64,000 bases of DNA. Origin: an uncultured Planctomycetota bacterium. GTDB lineage: Bacteria; Planctomycetota; Phycisphaerae; Tepidisphaerales; Tepidisphaeraceae. Of this stretch, positions 1 through 9,181 are shown piece after piece. The notes below the pieces were generated by a model. That model was not told the origin of the DNA. It made no database searches and saw nothing but the letters and a program-made list of their open reading frames with translations. The stretch lies in contig CAWJEN010000006.1 in NCBI GenBank assembly GCA_963841915.1, positions 480,001-544,000 of the forward strand. The letters are read 5' to 3'. Position numbers and translations under genes: made by a program. Every line of letters begins with the position of its first letter. Position 1 is the first letter of the stretch.

Positions 1-569
1 GTGCGGGCGTAAACCTCGGCCTGCTCCGCCCACGCGACGCCGCCCGTGATGGCGTCTGCGGCGAAGATCGGGTGAAGCTTCGTCAGCCACGCCGGGACCG
101 TCGTCAAGTGGTCGGCCAGCCACAACGGCCAGGTGAGCCAGGCGAAGCAGAGTCCGCTGGCGATCGTGCCGATGACGGCCGCGTGGCGGCGGATCAAAGC
201 GGCGAGTGCCACCACCGTGAGGGAATAGGCGAAGGAGAGCGCCGCGAAGGTGATCGACGGCAGCGTCGCGAAGAGAACGCAGCCGCAGATGGAAACAAGA
301 GGCAGATGTGGTCGAAGCCAAACTGCCGTGAGCCGTAGGACCGCGGCTCGGGGGTTGTCGCCCGACACGGCAATATTTGCTGCTTGCTTGCGTTCTTCGC
401 CCGCCAGCACGGGAGCAACGAATGTAACCATCACCAGCACCGCGACCCGCTCGTCGATGAGCGACGCCGTCATCAATGTGGCCACGACTCGTGTGGCAAT
501 GCCCGCGACCAATCCGTACAGCGTCGCCCACAGCACACGTCGCACGCCGTCATACGGTCGGCGGTTCAT
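1..569 (-). CDS. Hypothetical multi-pass membrane protein, 3' end beyond window edge
   Basis: Manual translation from ATG at 569 (ATGA overlap with the upstream stop): MNRRPYDGVRRVLWATLYGLVAG...LCFAWLTWPLWL..., open to position 1, several hydrophobic segments; absent from the ORF track because truncated. Confidence 0.65.
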   Translation of the reverse strand, partial: MNRRPYDGVRRVLWATLYGLVAGIATRVVATLMTASLIDERVAVLVMVTFVAPVLAGEERKQAANIAVSGDNPRAAVLRLTAVWLRPHLPLVSICGCVLFATLPSITFAALSFAYSLTVVALAALIRRHAAVIGTIASGLCFAWLTWPLWLADHLTTVPAWLTKLHPIFAADAITGGVAWAEQAEVYAR

Positions 570-1654
570 GATTCCGGCTGGGCGGCGATCTGACGGGCAA
601 GGCCTTCACTTCCGTGCAGCCGCTTTGACGTGCGGACCTTCACGTCCGACGTCGCGGCGAGGTGCCTTGCGATCCGCTCGGCGTGAACGTGGCAGTTCTC
701 CAGGAAAATCTTGTAACTGCTCGACTGCGTGCCGGCCACGGCGGTGCCGGCGACATAGAGGCCGGGCACATTCGTCTCCATCGTCTCCTCGTCAAACGTC
801 GGCCGCTCACCCGGGCCGATGAGATCGACACCCGCCCGGCGGAGCAGTCGCTTGTCCTGCTCGTAGCCGATGAGGCTCAACACTTCGTCGGCCTCAACGT
901 CGACCGTCTCACCCGTGCCGACGTGGGCAAGCGTGACATGCGTCGGCGTGATCTTCGTCGGCTGCATCGAGAAGTAGGCGTCGATGCGGCCCGCTTTAAT
1001 GAGGCCTTCGATTTCTGGAAGAATCCAGTACTTAATGCTCTTTTGTGGCAGCTCGCTGCCGCGGTAGCACAAAGCGACCTTGGCCCCGGCGTGGTGACAC
1101 CGCAGGGCAGCTTCGACGGCGCTGTTGCGGCCTCCGACGACGAGCACGCGGCGGCCGAAGTAGCGGTGTGGGTCGCGCAGGTATCCGTCGACGTGCGGCA
1201 GATCGTCACCGTCGACGCCGAGACGTCGTGGCACGTCGGTCCCACCGATGGCCAGAACGACGCGTCGGCAATGCGTCCGGCGCTCGCCGCCGCGGGTTTG
1301 GCTGACGACGCTAAAGGTGCCGTCGTCGTGATGATCGATGTCGCTGACCGGCTCGAAGGTGCGGACGTGGAGGTCGTGTGCTTCGACGACGGTCCGCAGA
1401 TAGCTGAGGTATCGCTCGCGGGTCGCCTTTTGCCCGTCCTCGGTGACGAGCGGAATCCCTGCGATGGCGATGCGTTCGTTGCTGCTGAACCACCTGGTTT
1501 GCGGAGCCCACCACGACATGGTGTGACCGAGTTCCTTGGCCTCGAACAGGCGGTAGTCGACGCCGCCTGCTGCCAGGCTGGCTGCGACTTCGAGGCCGAT
1601 GGGGCCACCGCCGACGACGACGACGTCTGTGGTGTCGTGTTGCATCTGCGACAT
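566..1654 (-). CDS. NAD(P)/FAD-dependent oxidoreductase, YpdA/thioredoxin-reductase-like
   Basis: GGGPIG FAD motif, second GGRNSA Rossmann motif, ETNVPGLYVAG, C-terminal IFLENCHVH resembling YpdA. Confidence 0.8.
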   Translation of the reverse strand: MSQMQHDTTDVVVVGGGPIGLEVAASLAAGGVDYRLFEAKELGHTMSWWAPQTRWFSSNERIAIAGIPLVTEDGQKATRERYLSYLRTVVEAHDLHVRTFEPVSDIDHHDDGTFSVVSQTRGGERRTHCRRVVLAIGGTDVPRRLGVDGDDLPHVDGYLRDPHRYFGRRVLVVGGRNSAVEAALRCHHAGAKVALCYRGSELPQKSIKYWILPEIEGLIKAGRIDAYFSMQPTKITPTHVTLAHVGTGETVDVEADEVLSLIGYEQDKRLLRRAGVDLIGPGERPTFDEETMETNVPGLYVAGTAVAGTQSSSYKIFLENCHVHAERIARHLAATSDVKVRTSKRLHGSEGLARQIAAQPES

Positions 1655-1743
1655 GAACTCAGTTTACGCGGCCGGTTATGAAGAAAGGGCACCCGGACAA
1701 ACGGGTACCCTTTCGAGGGGGAGAGAGATTTGTGCTGCCGACA

Positions 1744-2223
1744 CTAGGCCGATGCCGAAGCGCGGCGTCGGTCAAAAGCGGCGCGGGCGGCAGGCTCAAC
1801 GTGGTCGAAGTCATGACTTGACGACTTGCCGTAGCCCTTGTCGTCGTAGTGCGTCCGCAGGGCGTCGGCGTCGTAGTCGTGGTCCGAGTCGGCGGCGTTG
1901 TATCCGAGGCGGTACGCCGGCTCGTAATCCTCGTACTTGTCGTCAGAGGTGGCGTAGGGCTGGTTGCCGTGCTCGGCGCGCCAGTGGGCGTCCTCGGTCG
2001 GGTCGACCGCCTCACCAATGCCGTGACCGACGAGGCCACCGACAACAGCGCCGGCTACGCCTCCGATGACGGCACCGACGGGTCCGCCCAGGGCACCGAT
2101 GGCTGCGCCGGTGGCGGCGCCGCTGGCCGAGCCGATGCCGGTGCCCGCAGGGTGGCTGCCCGGATTGCCGGTGATGAGGTCAGGGTTCGTGTCTGCTTCG
2201 TGGTCTTTGTTGGTCGTGCTCAT
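1744..2223 (-). CDS. Glycine-zipper small protein, putative stress protein
   Basis: NPDLITGNPGSHPAGTG followed by GxxxG zipper repeats and an acidic Tyr-rich tail. Confidence 0.75.
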   Translation of the reverse strand: MSTTNKDHEADTNPDLITGNPGSHPAGTGIGSASGAATGAAIGALGGPVGAVIGGVAGAVVGGLVGHGIGEAVDPTEDAHWRAEHGNQPYATSDDKYEDYEPAYRLGYNAADSDHDYDADALRTHYDDKGYGKSSSHDFDHVEPAARAAFDRRRASASA

Positions 2224-2259
2224 GGTGCGTTGGGTTGGTGGTGCTTTGACGAATTACAT

Positions 2260-2275
2260 TGCAACGGTCGTGCCA
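2260..2275 (-). promoter_or_regulatory. sigma54 (RpoN) -24/-12 promoter
   Basis: TGGCACG-ACCG-TTGCA on the minus strand, a consensus match, 36 nt upstream of ATG 2223. Confidence 0.7.
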
Positions 2276-2329
2276 ACTGTGATGAACGCGCAGGTGCGCC
2301 GACAGATTGCGGCCTCCGTATGGTCGCCC

Positions 2330-3706
2330 GTGGCAAACGATGTCGAGCTGTCGGATCAACAGATGATCGATCTGACGGCGCGGGAGGCATACCGGTACTT
2401 CACCGATGAAGGACTACACGCGGGCGGGCTTGTGCGGGACTCGGCACGGCCGGGTTCGCCCTGCAGCGTCGCGGCGGCCGGTTTTGCCGCGGCAGCGCAC
2501 GTCGCGGCGGAGATCATGGGCATCGTCGACCGTCAGACGGCGTTGCGGTTGTGTCTCGAGATCGCCAGGACCTTTGCTGCGCTACCGACGCAGACGACAG
2601 TCGCCGAAGCCAGTGACGCGGCGGGGCATCGCGGGCTGTTTTTCCACTTCATCGAGGCAGACGGCGAACGACGCGGCAAGCGGGCGTGGAAAAGCGAACT
2701 CAGCACGATCGACACGGCCCTGCTCGTCGCCGGCCTGCTCACCGCGGCGGCCCACTTTGATCGGGACGACGAGGACGAGCAAGCCCTCCGAGACGCGTGC
2801 AACAAGGTTTGCGATGCCGTCGACTGGACGTTCTGTCTTCGCCCTGACGGCCTGCTTTCGCACGGCTGGCGACCCGAAGCGATCAAGCGGTCGCGGGCGC
2901 ATCACGGCCGCGACGGCTTTATCGTCCACGGCTGGGACGGATACGACGAAGGCTTGTTGCTCTATCTGTTGGCCCTCGGCTCGCCGACGCACGCCATCAA
3001 ACCTGAGAGCTACAACGCCTGGTGCTCGACGTACGCCCGCGACTGGAAGACGGTCGAGGGCATCGAGCACCTGCACTGTCCGCCTTTGTTCACGCACCAG
3101 TTTCCGCACAGCTTTGCCGACCTGGGTGGCGTCCGCGACGCGTTTTGTCGGGATCGCGGCCTCGACTACAACGAGAACGCCCGCCGCGGCACGCTCGCGC
3201 AGATCGAGTACGCCAAGCGGAACCCGCTCGGTTTTCCCGGGTACGGCGGATTCACCTGGGGCCTATCGGCGAGCAACGGCCCGGGCATCGACCACAAGCG
3301 ACAACTCGGGCGAAACGGGGAGAAGATGCGATTCTACCCGTATGTCGAGCGAGGCTTGTCGCCACCCGATGGCGTGGTCGATGACGGCACGCTGGCCCCC
3401 TGGGCGGCGGCGGCGTCACTGCCGTTCGCGCCGAACGAGGTCGTGCAAGCGATCCGCGGCCACCGGGCGGCGACGCTGTGTCGCCCCGACTGGGAAGGGT
3501 TCATGGGCAGTTACAATCTCGCCTACATCGACGAGAATTGCCCGCACGGCTGGGTCGACGAGTACGACCTGGCGATCGAGCAGGCACCTATCGTCATGAT
3601 GGCGGCCAATCACGTGCACGACGGCATCTGGCAGGCAACGCGCAAGTGCGGCGTCTTTCAACGTGGCCTGCGGGCGGCCGACTTCCGAGGCGGATGGCTT
3701 GATTGA
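2330..3706 (+). CDS. Glucoamylase-family / GH144-like (alpha/alpha)6 glycoside hydrolase
   Basis: SELSTIDTALL, WDGYDEGLLLYLLALGS, PLFTHQF, WGLSAS, DDGT motifs; start moved to GTG 2330 (TATGGT 5 nt upstream; avoids overlap with the divergent gene). Confidence 0.75.
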   Translation: MANDVELSDQQMIDLTAREAYRYFTDEGLHAGGLVRDSARPGSPCSVAAAGFAAAAHVAAEIMGIVDRQTALRLCLEIARTFAALPTQTTVAEASDAAGHRGLFFHFIEADGERRGKRAWKSELSTIDTALLVAGLLTAAAHFDRDDEDEQALRDACNKVCDAVDWTFCLRPDGLLSHGWRPEAIKRSRAHHGRDGFIVHGWDGYDEGLLLYLLALGSPTHAIKPESYNAWCSTYARDWKTVEGIEHLHCPPLFTHQFPHSFADLGGVRDAFCRDRGLDYNENARRGTLAQIEYAKRNPLGFPGYGGFTWGLSASNGPGIDHKRQLGRNGEKMRFYPYVERGLSPPDGVVDDGTLAPWAAAASLPFAPNEVVQAIRGHRAATLCRPDWEGFMGSYNLAYIDENCPHGWVDEYDLAIEQAPIVMMAANHVHDGIWQATRKCGVFQRGLRAADFRGGWLD

Positions 3707-3790
3707 GCCGTTCCACGCGATCACGGCGTCGCTTGTCGTTGTTCAAGGCGGCTCAGTGTCGTAGGCTGGGCCAGAGGGGTTCAACAACGC

Positions 3791-4222
3791 ATGCTTCTGC
3801 AGACGAATAGTTATCTGGTGCCGCGTGACCGCCTTCGGGCGCACGACCTGCTCATGTCCCGGTTTCGTCAGTGCTTCGAGCGCATGGGACTGCCGAGCAG
3901 CGACTTCGACGTCTTTCGTCAAGCGGGTGAGGGATTTACCAGCGATCGCACGACGCCAGGCGTTCGTTGTGTGCAGATGATGCGATTCCGCGACCGCGAT
4001 CATTTCAACACGGTTCGGCAGACAGAGGAGGGCGACGCCGAGGCCAAGCGGCTCGTTGACGAGCTGTGCCGCCTGGTTGATCTGCCTGCCCAGCAACGGA
4101 CCGGGCACTTCGGCGGCGCGTTCTACACGGCCGCACCGCTCGAGCAGTCGACGACGCTGGCGCCGGCCAAGCCTGCTCACACCGACGGCAGCCAGGAGGC
4201 GGAGGAGGAGGTGGCCGTATGA
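3791..4222 (+). CDS. Hypothetical protein
   Basis: 143 aa ORF, host-like codon usage, ATGA overlap with next gene. Confidence 0.6.
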   Translation: MLLQTNSYLVPRDRLRAHDLLMSRFRQCFERMGLPSSDFDVFRQAGEGFTSDRTTPGVRCVQMMRFRDRDHFNTVRQTEEGDAEAKRLVDELCRLVDLPAQQRTGHFGGAFYTAAPLEQSTTLAPAKPAHTDGSQEAEEEVAV

Positions 4223-4575
4223 CCAAGTTCCTCTCGCCGCTGAGTTGGATCAAGTTCTTGATGCGTGGCGTCTTCGTCGTCCTGCTGGTGGGCGGCTGGG
4301 TCGTGGCGTTGCTGGCGACGCACATCGTGGTGGTGCCGCACGAGGCCGATGACGGCAGTGAGTCGTGGCGAGTCGTCGTCGTGCCCAAGAGCCGGCTCGG
4401 CGTAAGCGACACCTACGTCGACACGCGTGGCTGGACCACCGACGAGGCGGCCGAGCACGCGGACCTGCTGGTTCGCATGGCCGAGGCGGGTAAGGGTGCG
4501 AAGCTGCAAGACCTCCTCGAAGACGCCGCCGTCGCTGCGGCCATGGATCGGCTTCGTGAGCAGTTCGGCCGCTGA
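4219..4575 (+). CDS. Hypothetical membrane-anchored protein
   Basis: GGAGG before ATG, N-terminal hydrophobic helix. Confidence 0.65.
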   Translation: MTKFLSPLSWIKFLMRGVFVVLLVGGWVVALLATHIVVVPHEADDGSESWRVVVVPKSRLGVSDTYVDTRGWTTDEAAEHADLLVRMAEAGKGAKLQDLLEDAAVAAAMDRLREQFGR

Positions 4576-4584
4576 GGGACCGCT

Positions 4585-5061
4585 TTAGTTGGACGAATTG
4601 CCGCTGGCCTCGTCCATGGTGACGTCGCCTTTGAAGCCTTCGTTGTTGTGCTGCGTTTCGTTGTTCATGCCGTCGGCGCTGGTCGAGGAGCCAGAGGCCA
4701 GTTGCTGACCGCTCATGACGACGGGCGTGTCGAGCGGGTCCAGCGTCTTCGTGTCAGCCGCCTCTGAGCCATGCTCGTGTGGCTTTTGGTGTGGGTCACC
4801 GACACCGGTGAGGCTCGTGCCACCGACGTCGATGTCACCGCCACTGGAGGAGCCGGGGCCTACGTCGTAGCCACCGACGCCGCTGTCGCGTGGGCCGATG
4901 CCGCTGCGGACAGGCGCTTTACCGGGATCATTGCGGCGGGTCTCTTCTGAGACGTAGTTAGCCGCCTGCTTGTCACCGGCGTGAACGCCGAAGTCGCTGT
5001 CGCTAGGCGTGACGGCGTCTCGTTGGCTGCCGGGTTTGGGGTCGGTACTCATGGCAGACAT
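4585..5061 (-). CDS. Hydrophilic low-complexity (G/S/D-rich) hypothetical protein
   Basis: 158 aa, likely disordered; true start may be ATG 5052. Confidence 0.65.
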   Translation of the reverse strand: MSAMSTDPKPGSQRDAVTPSDSDFGVHAGDKQAANYVSEETRRNDPGKAPVRSGIGPRDSGVGGYDVGPGSSSGGDIDVGGTSLTGVGDPHQKPHEHGSEAADTKTLDPLDTPVVMSGQQLASGSSTSADGMNNETQHNNEGFKGDVTMDEASGNSSN

Positions 5062-5063
5062 GG

Positions 5064-5079
5064 AACAAGCGGCGTGCCG
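5064..5079 (-). promoter_or_regulatory. Possible sigma54 promoter
   Basis: CGGCACG-CCGC-TTGTT; -24 near consensus, -12 reads GT instead of GC. Confidence 0.35.
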
Positions 5080-5096
5080 GAGGCTACGTTTGCGTC

Positions 5097-5975
5097 GTGT
5101 TCGACTTGCCCGACGGCCCGCCCAGTGACTTTCAGAACCTGCAACGCCAGCTCAACGCGTCAGCGGGGCGTCGCCTGGCAATCCCTGCTGGTGTTGATCC
5201 CGTGACAGCTGAAGGCGACACTTGGCCGGACGGAACGTCGTTGTCGGTCGATCTGACGGAGTGCGTGATGACGGTCGACGCCGATGCGGGTGGCGTGCCG
5301 GATCATCTTAAGCCACCGACTATTTGTCAGGATCGCCAATCGGGGCCGACGTTCGAGCAAACGAGCGTGGTCGCCCGGCCGCTCCGGCTCGACATTGTCG
5401 GCGGTGATGTGCTGGAGACAATCATCGACGTGCAGGGGCGGCGTGTGACCTTCGACATCGGCCGCGACGAGTCGGGCCAATGGGCGATGGCCCCGGCTGC
5501 CGGTGAACTCGACGCGACAGTGTCCGTAGCCAAGATCGACTTACTGGCAGCGGTTGAAGCCAAGGCCAGGGCGGAGGCCAAGCAGCACGGCGTAATCATC
5601 GACCAGCTTGATGCCGACGTGTCGGCACCGTCGGAAAACAGCGCTCAAGTTGCCGGTCGGCTGACTGGTTCGAAGAAGGTCGCCTTCTTCAACGCCAGCT
5701 TCGCCATCGACTTCGTGGCAGAACTCACAGCCGAGCCCGACGAGCAGGGCGAGCTGGTAGGCCGCGTGACGCGGCTCGATCTGTCTGGTGACGGTGCAGT
5801 GATGAGCGTTGTCCTGTCGCTGGCCAAACCGGTCGTGGAGAAGGTCAAGCAACGGCCGCTTCCTTTGGGCGACGTGCTGGCAGCGGCAGGCGTGGCGGGG
5901 CTGCAAGTCCGCCACGTCAGCGTCGAAGCGGGCGAGCGGCTCACGTTGCGGGCGTCGTTCGGCACGCGGTTATGA
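5097..5975 (+). CDS. Hypothetical protein
   Basis: 292 aa ORF, beta-rich pattern, TACGTT 6 nt before GTG. Confidence 0.65.
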   Translation: MFDLPDGPPSDFQNLQRQLNASAGRRLAIPAGVDPVTAEGDTWPDGTSLSVDLTECVMTVDADAGGVPDHLKPPTICQDRQSGPTFEQTSVVARPLRLDIVGGDVLETIIDVQGRRVTFDIGRDESGQWAMAPAAGELDATVSVAKIDLLAAVEAKARAEAKQHGVIIDQLDADVSAPSENSAQVAGRLTGSKKVAFFNASFAIDFVAELTAEPDEQGELVGRVTRLDLSGDGAVMSVVLSLAKPVVEKVKQRPLPLGDVLAAAGVAGLQVRHVSVEAGERLTLRASFGTRL

Positions 5976-6002
5976 GCCTGAATCGACGGCGAGCCGACTT
6001 GT

Positions 6003-6018
6003 AGGAACATGCTTTGCT
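6003..6018 (+). promoter_or_regulatory. Possible sigma54 promoter
   Basis: AGGAACA-TGCT-TTGCT (GG-N10-GC) ending 13 nt before ATG 6032. Confidence 0.45.
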
Positions 6019-6031
6019 CCGCCGGTCAGGC

Positions 6032-6883
6032 ATGACGACCGCAAACGCCTCCTCCAAGGCTGCCCGCGAAGGATCCAAGTGGGGTGAACGCCTGGCACGG
6101 GCCGGCTACTTCGCCAAGGGCTTTCTCTACTTCACGATCGGCTTCCTCGCATTGAAGGCGGCGCTGGGTATGGGTGGCGACATCGGTGGCAGCAAGAACG
6201 CCCTGGCCGCGCTCGCCGGTGAAGGGATGCTGGGCCAGATTCTGTTGTGGATTATCGCCATCGGCCTCGTCGGCTACGCCGCGTGGAACGGCTGGCGGGC
6301 CGTCGTCGACCCCGAAGACGAAGGCGACGACAAGAAGGCCATCGGCAAACGCATCTTCTTCGGCATCAGCTCGCTCATCCACGCGTTCCTGGCATTCTGG
6401 GTCTTCACCACCCTTCTCGGTGGATCGGGTGGATCCTCGTCGGGCAATGGTGGCGGGTCCGGTGGCACCGAGGGCATGGTCGGCACCGTGCTCGGCTTCG
6501 GCACGATCGGCCGCATCCTTGTCGCCGGTGCCGGGCTCGGCATCGCTGGCTTTGCCAGTCAGCAGCTCATCAAGGCCTACAAGGTCGACCTCAGCGACCA
6601 GCTCATGTTCGGCAAGATGAGCGATGGCGTGAAGAAGGTCGCCGTCTACAGCGGCAGAGGTGGCCTGGCGGCACGCGGTGTCGTCTTCAGCATCGTCGGC
6701 TTCTTCCTCCTGCTGGCCGCTTGGCGGTACGACTCCGAAGCCGCCGCCGGCATGGGTGAAGTGCTCAAGATGCTCGACGGCACGCTCGGCTCCATCGTGC
6801 TGGGTGTCATCGCGATCGGGCTGGGGCTCTACGGCGTTCACATGATGGTGAAAGGTCGCTACCGCAAAATCGAGATCCGATGA
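6032..6883 (+). CDS. DUF1206 domain membrane protein
   Basis: LARAGYFAKG...IG and GLAARGVVF repeats, six TM helices; start ATG 6032. Confidence 0.85.
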   Translation: MTTANASSKAAREGSKWGERLARAGYFAKGFLYFTIGFLALKAALGMGGDIGGSKNALAALAGEGMLGQILLWIIAIGLVGYAAWNGWRAVVDPEDEGDDKKAIGKRIFFGISSLIHAFLAFWVFTTLLGGSGGSSSGNGGGSGGTEGMVGTVLGFGTIGRILVAGAGLGIAGFASQQLIKAYKVDLSDQLMFGKMSDGVKKVAVYSGRGGLAARGVVFSIVGFFLLLAAWRYDSEAAAGMGEVLKMLDGTLGSIVLGVIAIGLGLYGVHMMVKGRYRKIEIR

Positions 6884-6944
6884 GGAGCGGCATCGCCTTT
6901 CTCAGAATTGAGATGAGCCGGGGAACGAACTTCTACGCTGAACC

Positions 6945-7907
6945 ATGTCTCAGATGAAAGCCGCACAAGTTGTCGAACCGCGTCGCATCGAAGTCGTCGA
7001 CGCGCCTGTTCCTGATCCCCAGGAGGGCGAGGTGCGGGTGAAGGTAGAAGGCTGCGGCGTCTGCGCGAGCAACGTGCCGCCGTTCGAAGGTCGCGAGTGG
7101 TTCAAGTACCCGATGGGGCCCGGCGATCTGGGGCACGAAGCGTGGGGCGTCGTCGACGCTGTCGGTCGCGGCGTGAGCGGACTTTGCGAGGGCGACCGCG
7201 TGGCGATGCTGAGCTACAAGGCGTACGCCGACTACGACACGGCGACGGCGAGCAACGTCGCCAAGCTGCCGGACGGCTTGGCGGATGTGCCGTTTCCGGC
7301 CGAGCCGTTGGCGTGTGCGATTAATGTCTTTCGCCGGAGCCAGATCAAGCCCGGCGACACCGTTGTCATCGTCGGCGTCGGTTTTTTAGGAGCACTCATC
7401 AGCCGACTCTGCGTCGACGCCGGCGCGACGGTCGTCGCGATGACGCGGCGGCCTGAGGCGTTGAAGTTCGCCGGCGATGCCGGGGCCAAGACGCTGGAGA
7501 TGGATGATCACTGGCGTGTGATCGAGGCGACGAAGCAGCTTGTCGGTGAAGGCGGGGCCGACGTCGTAATCGAGTGCGTCGGCAAGCAGTGGCCGCTCGA
7601 TCTGGCGACGGAACTCGTCCGCGAGCACGGCCGCCTGGTCATCGCCGGCTACCACCAGGACGGCCCGCGTCAGGTGAACATGCAGCAGTGGAACTGGAAG
7701 GGCCTCGATGTCATCAACGCCCACGAACGCGTGCCCCAGACGTACGTCGACGGCATGAACCTCGCGATCGAGCACGTCGGCCGCGGGTCACTCGACCACC
7801 GGTCGCTGTTGACGCACACGCTCCCGCTGGAGCGGCTGGGTGAGGCTTTGCAGATGACGATCGACCGACCGAAGGGGTTCCTCAAAGCGTGGGTACGGAT
7901 GGGCTGA
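6945..7907 (+). CDS. Zinc-binding dehydrogenase (MDR family)
   Basis: CGVCASN, GHEAWG, GVGFLG motifs. Confidence 0.85.
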   Translation: MSQMKAAQVVEPRRIEVVDAPVPDPQEGEVRVKVEGCGVCASNVPPFEGREWFKYPMGPGDLGHEAWGVVDAVGRGVSGLCEGDRVAMLSYKAYADYDTATASNVAKLPDGLADVPFPAEPLACAINVFRRSQIKPGDTVVIVGVGFLGALISRLCVDAGATVVAMTRRPEALKFAGDAGAKTLEMDDHWRVIEATKQLVGEGGADVVIECVGKQWPLDLATELVREHGRLVIAGYHQDGPRQVNMQQWNWKGLDVINAHERVPQTYVDGMNLAIEHVGRGSLDHRSLLTHTLPLERLGEALQMTIDRPKGFLKAWVRMG

Positions 7908-7974
7908 GCGTCCGTGCTCATGCGCAGCTGCCTTCTGGATGAGGCGACCTGCTAATGCTGGAGCTTGCCGTCGC

Positions 7975-8343
7975 TCACGCAGCCTTCTTCGCCATCGTGG
8001 CGTTGATCTTTTCCATCAGGCTTTCGGGGGTGAATGGCTTGATGACATAGTTGTTGACACCGGCCTTGATGGCTTCGACCACGCGGCTCTTCTCGGCCTC
8101 GGTCGTGCACATGACGAGCGGCGTGGTCTTGTCTGTTTCGCGGATCTTCTTGACCAGCGTGTGGCCGTCCATGTTGGGCATGTTCCAGTCGACCAGAATG
8201 AGGTCGAACTTGTCGCCGCCCTCAAGAACCTTGAGGGCTTCGAGGCCGTCACCGGCTTCGGAGAAGTCGGAACAGATCTGCGACAACACCTTTTTCTGGA
8301 TGTTCCGCATGGTGGATGAGTCGTCGACGAGGAGAAGCTTCAT
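7975..8343 (-). CDS. cheY: CheY-like single-domain response regulator
   Basis: MKLLLVDDSSTMR, DWNMPNMDG, YVIKPF; start at internal ATG 8343. Confidence 0.85.
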   Translation of the reverse strand: MKLLLVDDSSTMRNIQKKVLSQICSDFSEAGDGLEALKVLEGGDKFDLILVDWNMPNMDGHTLVKKIRETDKTTPLVMCTTEAEKSRVVEAIKAGVNNYVIKPFTPESLMEKINATMAKKAA

Positions 8344-8389
8344 GAGTCGTGGTGAAGGAAAGGCTTGAGTTTTGTGATACGGCGGAGGT

Positions 8390-8893
8390 TCAGGCGGCGA
8401 TGCGGCAGGCGCCTTCGATGCTCTTGATGCTGACTTCGACGGCGAACGAGCCGGCGTCGACGTTGCAGGGCACACTCAGGCACGGCACGTCCTTGAGCCG
8501 TGCGATTTGGTGGCCGCGACCGACGATGACGCTGGGGATGCCAATGGAAGCCTCGTAACCGAGCTCACGCTTGGCAGCTCCGCTGACCATGTTGCACAGC
8601 TCACCGACGGCGTCGGCAAACTCGGGCGTCTTGGGCTCGATCTCCATGCCGGCAAACCCATTGACGATGGCCTCGGCGGCCTTCATCTCGAAGCTCAGGA
8701 CGACGGTCCCCATCACGTCGCCGCCGAACTGGATGATGCTGCTGACATCGAAACTGGCAACCGGATCGGACTTCACGCCCGGTCGACCGACCGTGACTTC
8801 AAGGCCGACCATGGTCTTGATGACCTCGCGAACGCTCTTGACGAACGGAACAATGAGCTTCGGATCAAAAGCGGCAGTCGGGCCTTGAGACAT
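8390..8893 (-). CDS. cheX: CheX-family chemotaxis phosphatase
   Basis: DAVGELCNMVSG (E-x2-N) and IPSVIVG; start ATG 8893. Confidence 0.85.
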   Translation of the reverse strand: MSQGPTAAFDPKLIVPFVKSVREVIKTMVGLEVTVGRPGVKSDPVASFDVSSIIQFGGDVMGTVVLSFEMKAAEAIVNGFAGMEIEPKTPEFADAVGELCNMVSGAAKRELGYEASIGIPSVIVGRGHQIARLKDVPCLSVPCNVDAGSFAVEVSIKSIEGACRIAA

Positions 8894-9055
8894 GGTGCGT
8901 TGGCGGAAGGAGTAACGGTGCCGGCTAAATTGCCCCCCAAGGCCGGCGTCTACACCCTCCATCGCCCGACCCGATGCGAGACTTGATGCCTTACGCAGAT
9001 TTCACATCTTCAACGCCTGACGTGACGAAGCACAGCACGGAACAGGCGGTGAAAG

Positions 9056-9129
9056 TACCCGCAGCAGGGCTCGAACCTGCGACCTCAGCTTTAGGAAAGC
9101 CGTGCTCTATCCAACTGAGCTATGCGGGC
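9056..9129 (-). tRNA. tRNA-Arg(CCT), CCA not encoded
   Basis: GCCCGCA/TGCGGGT acceptor stem, AGCTCAGTTGGATAGAGC D-arm, CGGCT-TTCCTAA-AGCTG anticodon arm, GGTTCGAGCCC T-arm. Confidence 0.95.
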
Positions 9130-9181
9130 GACTGGCCCACGATAGGGCCGTGGGTGGACAGCCGGCGAGGTCGCGGCGACC

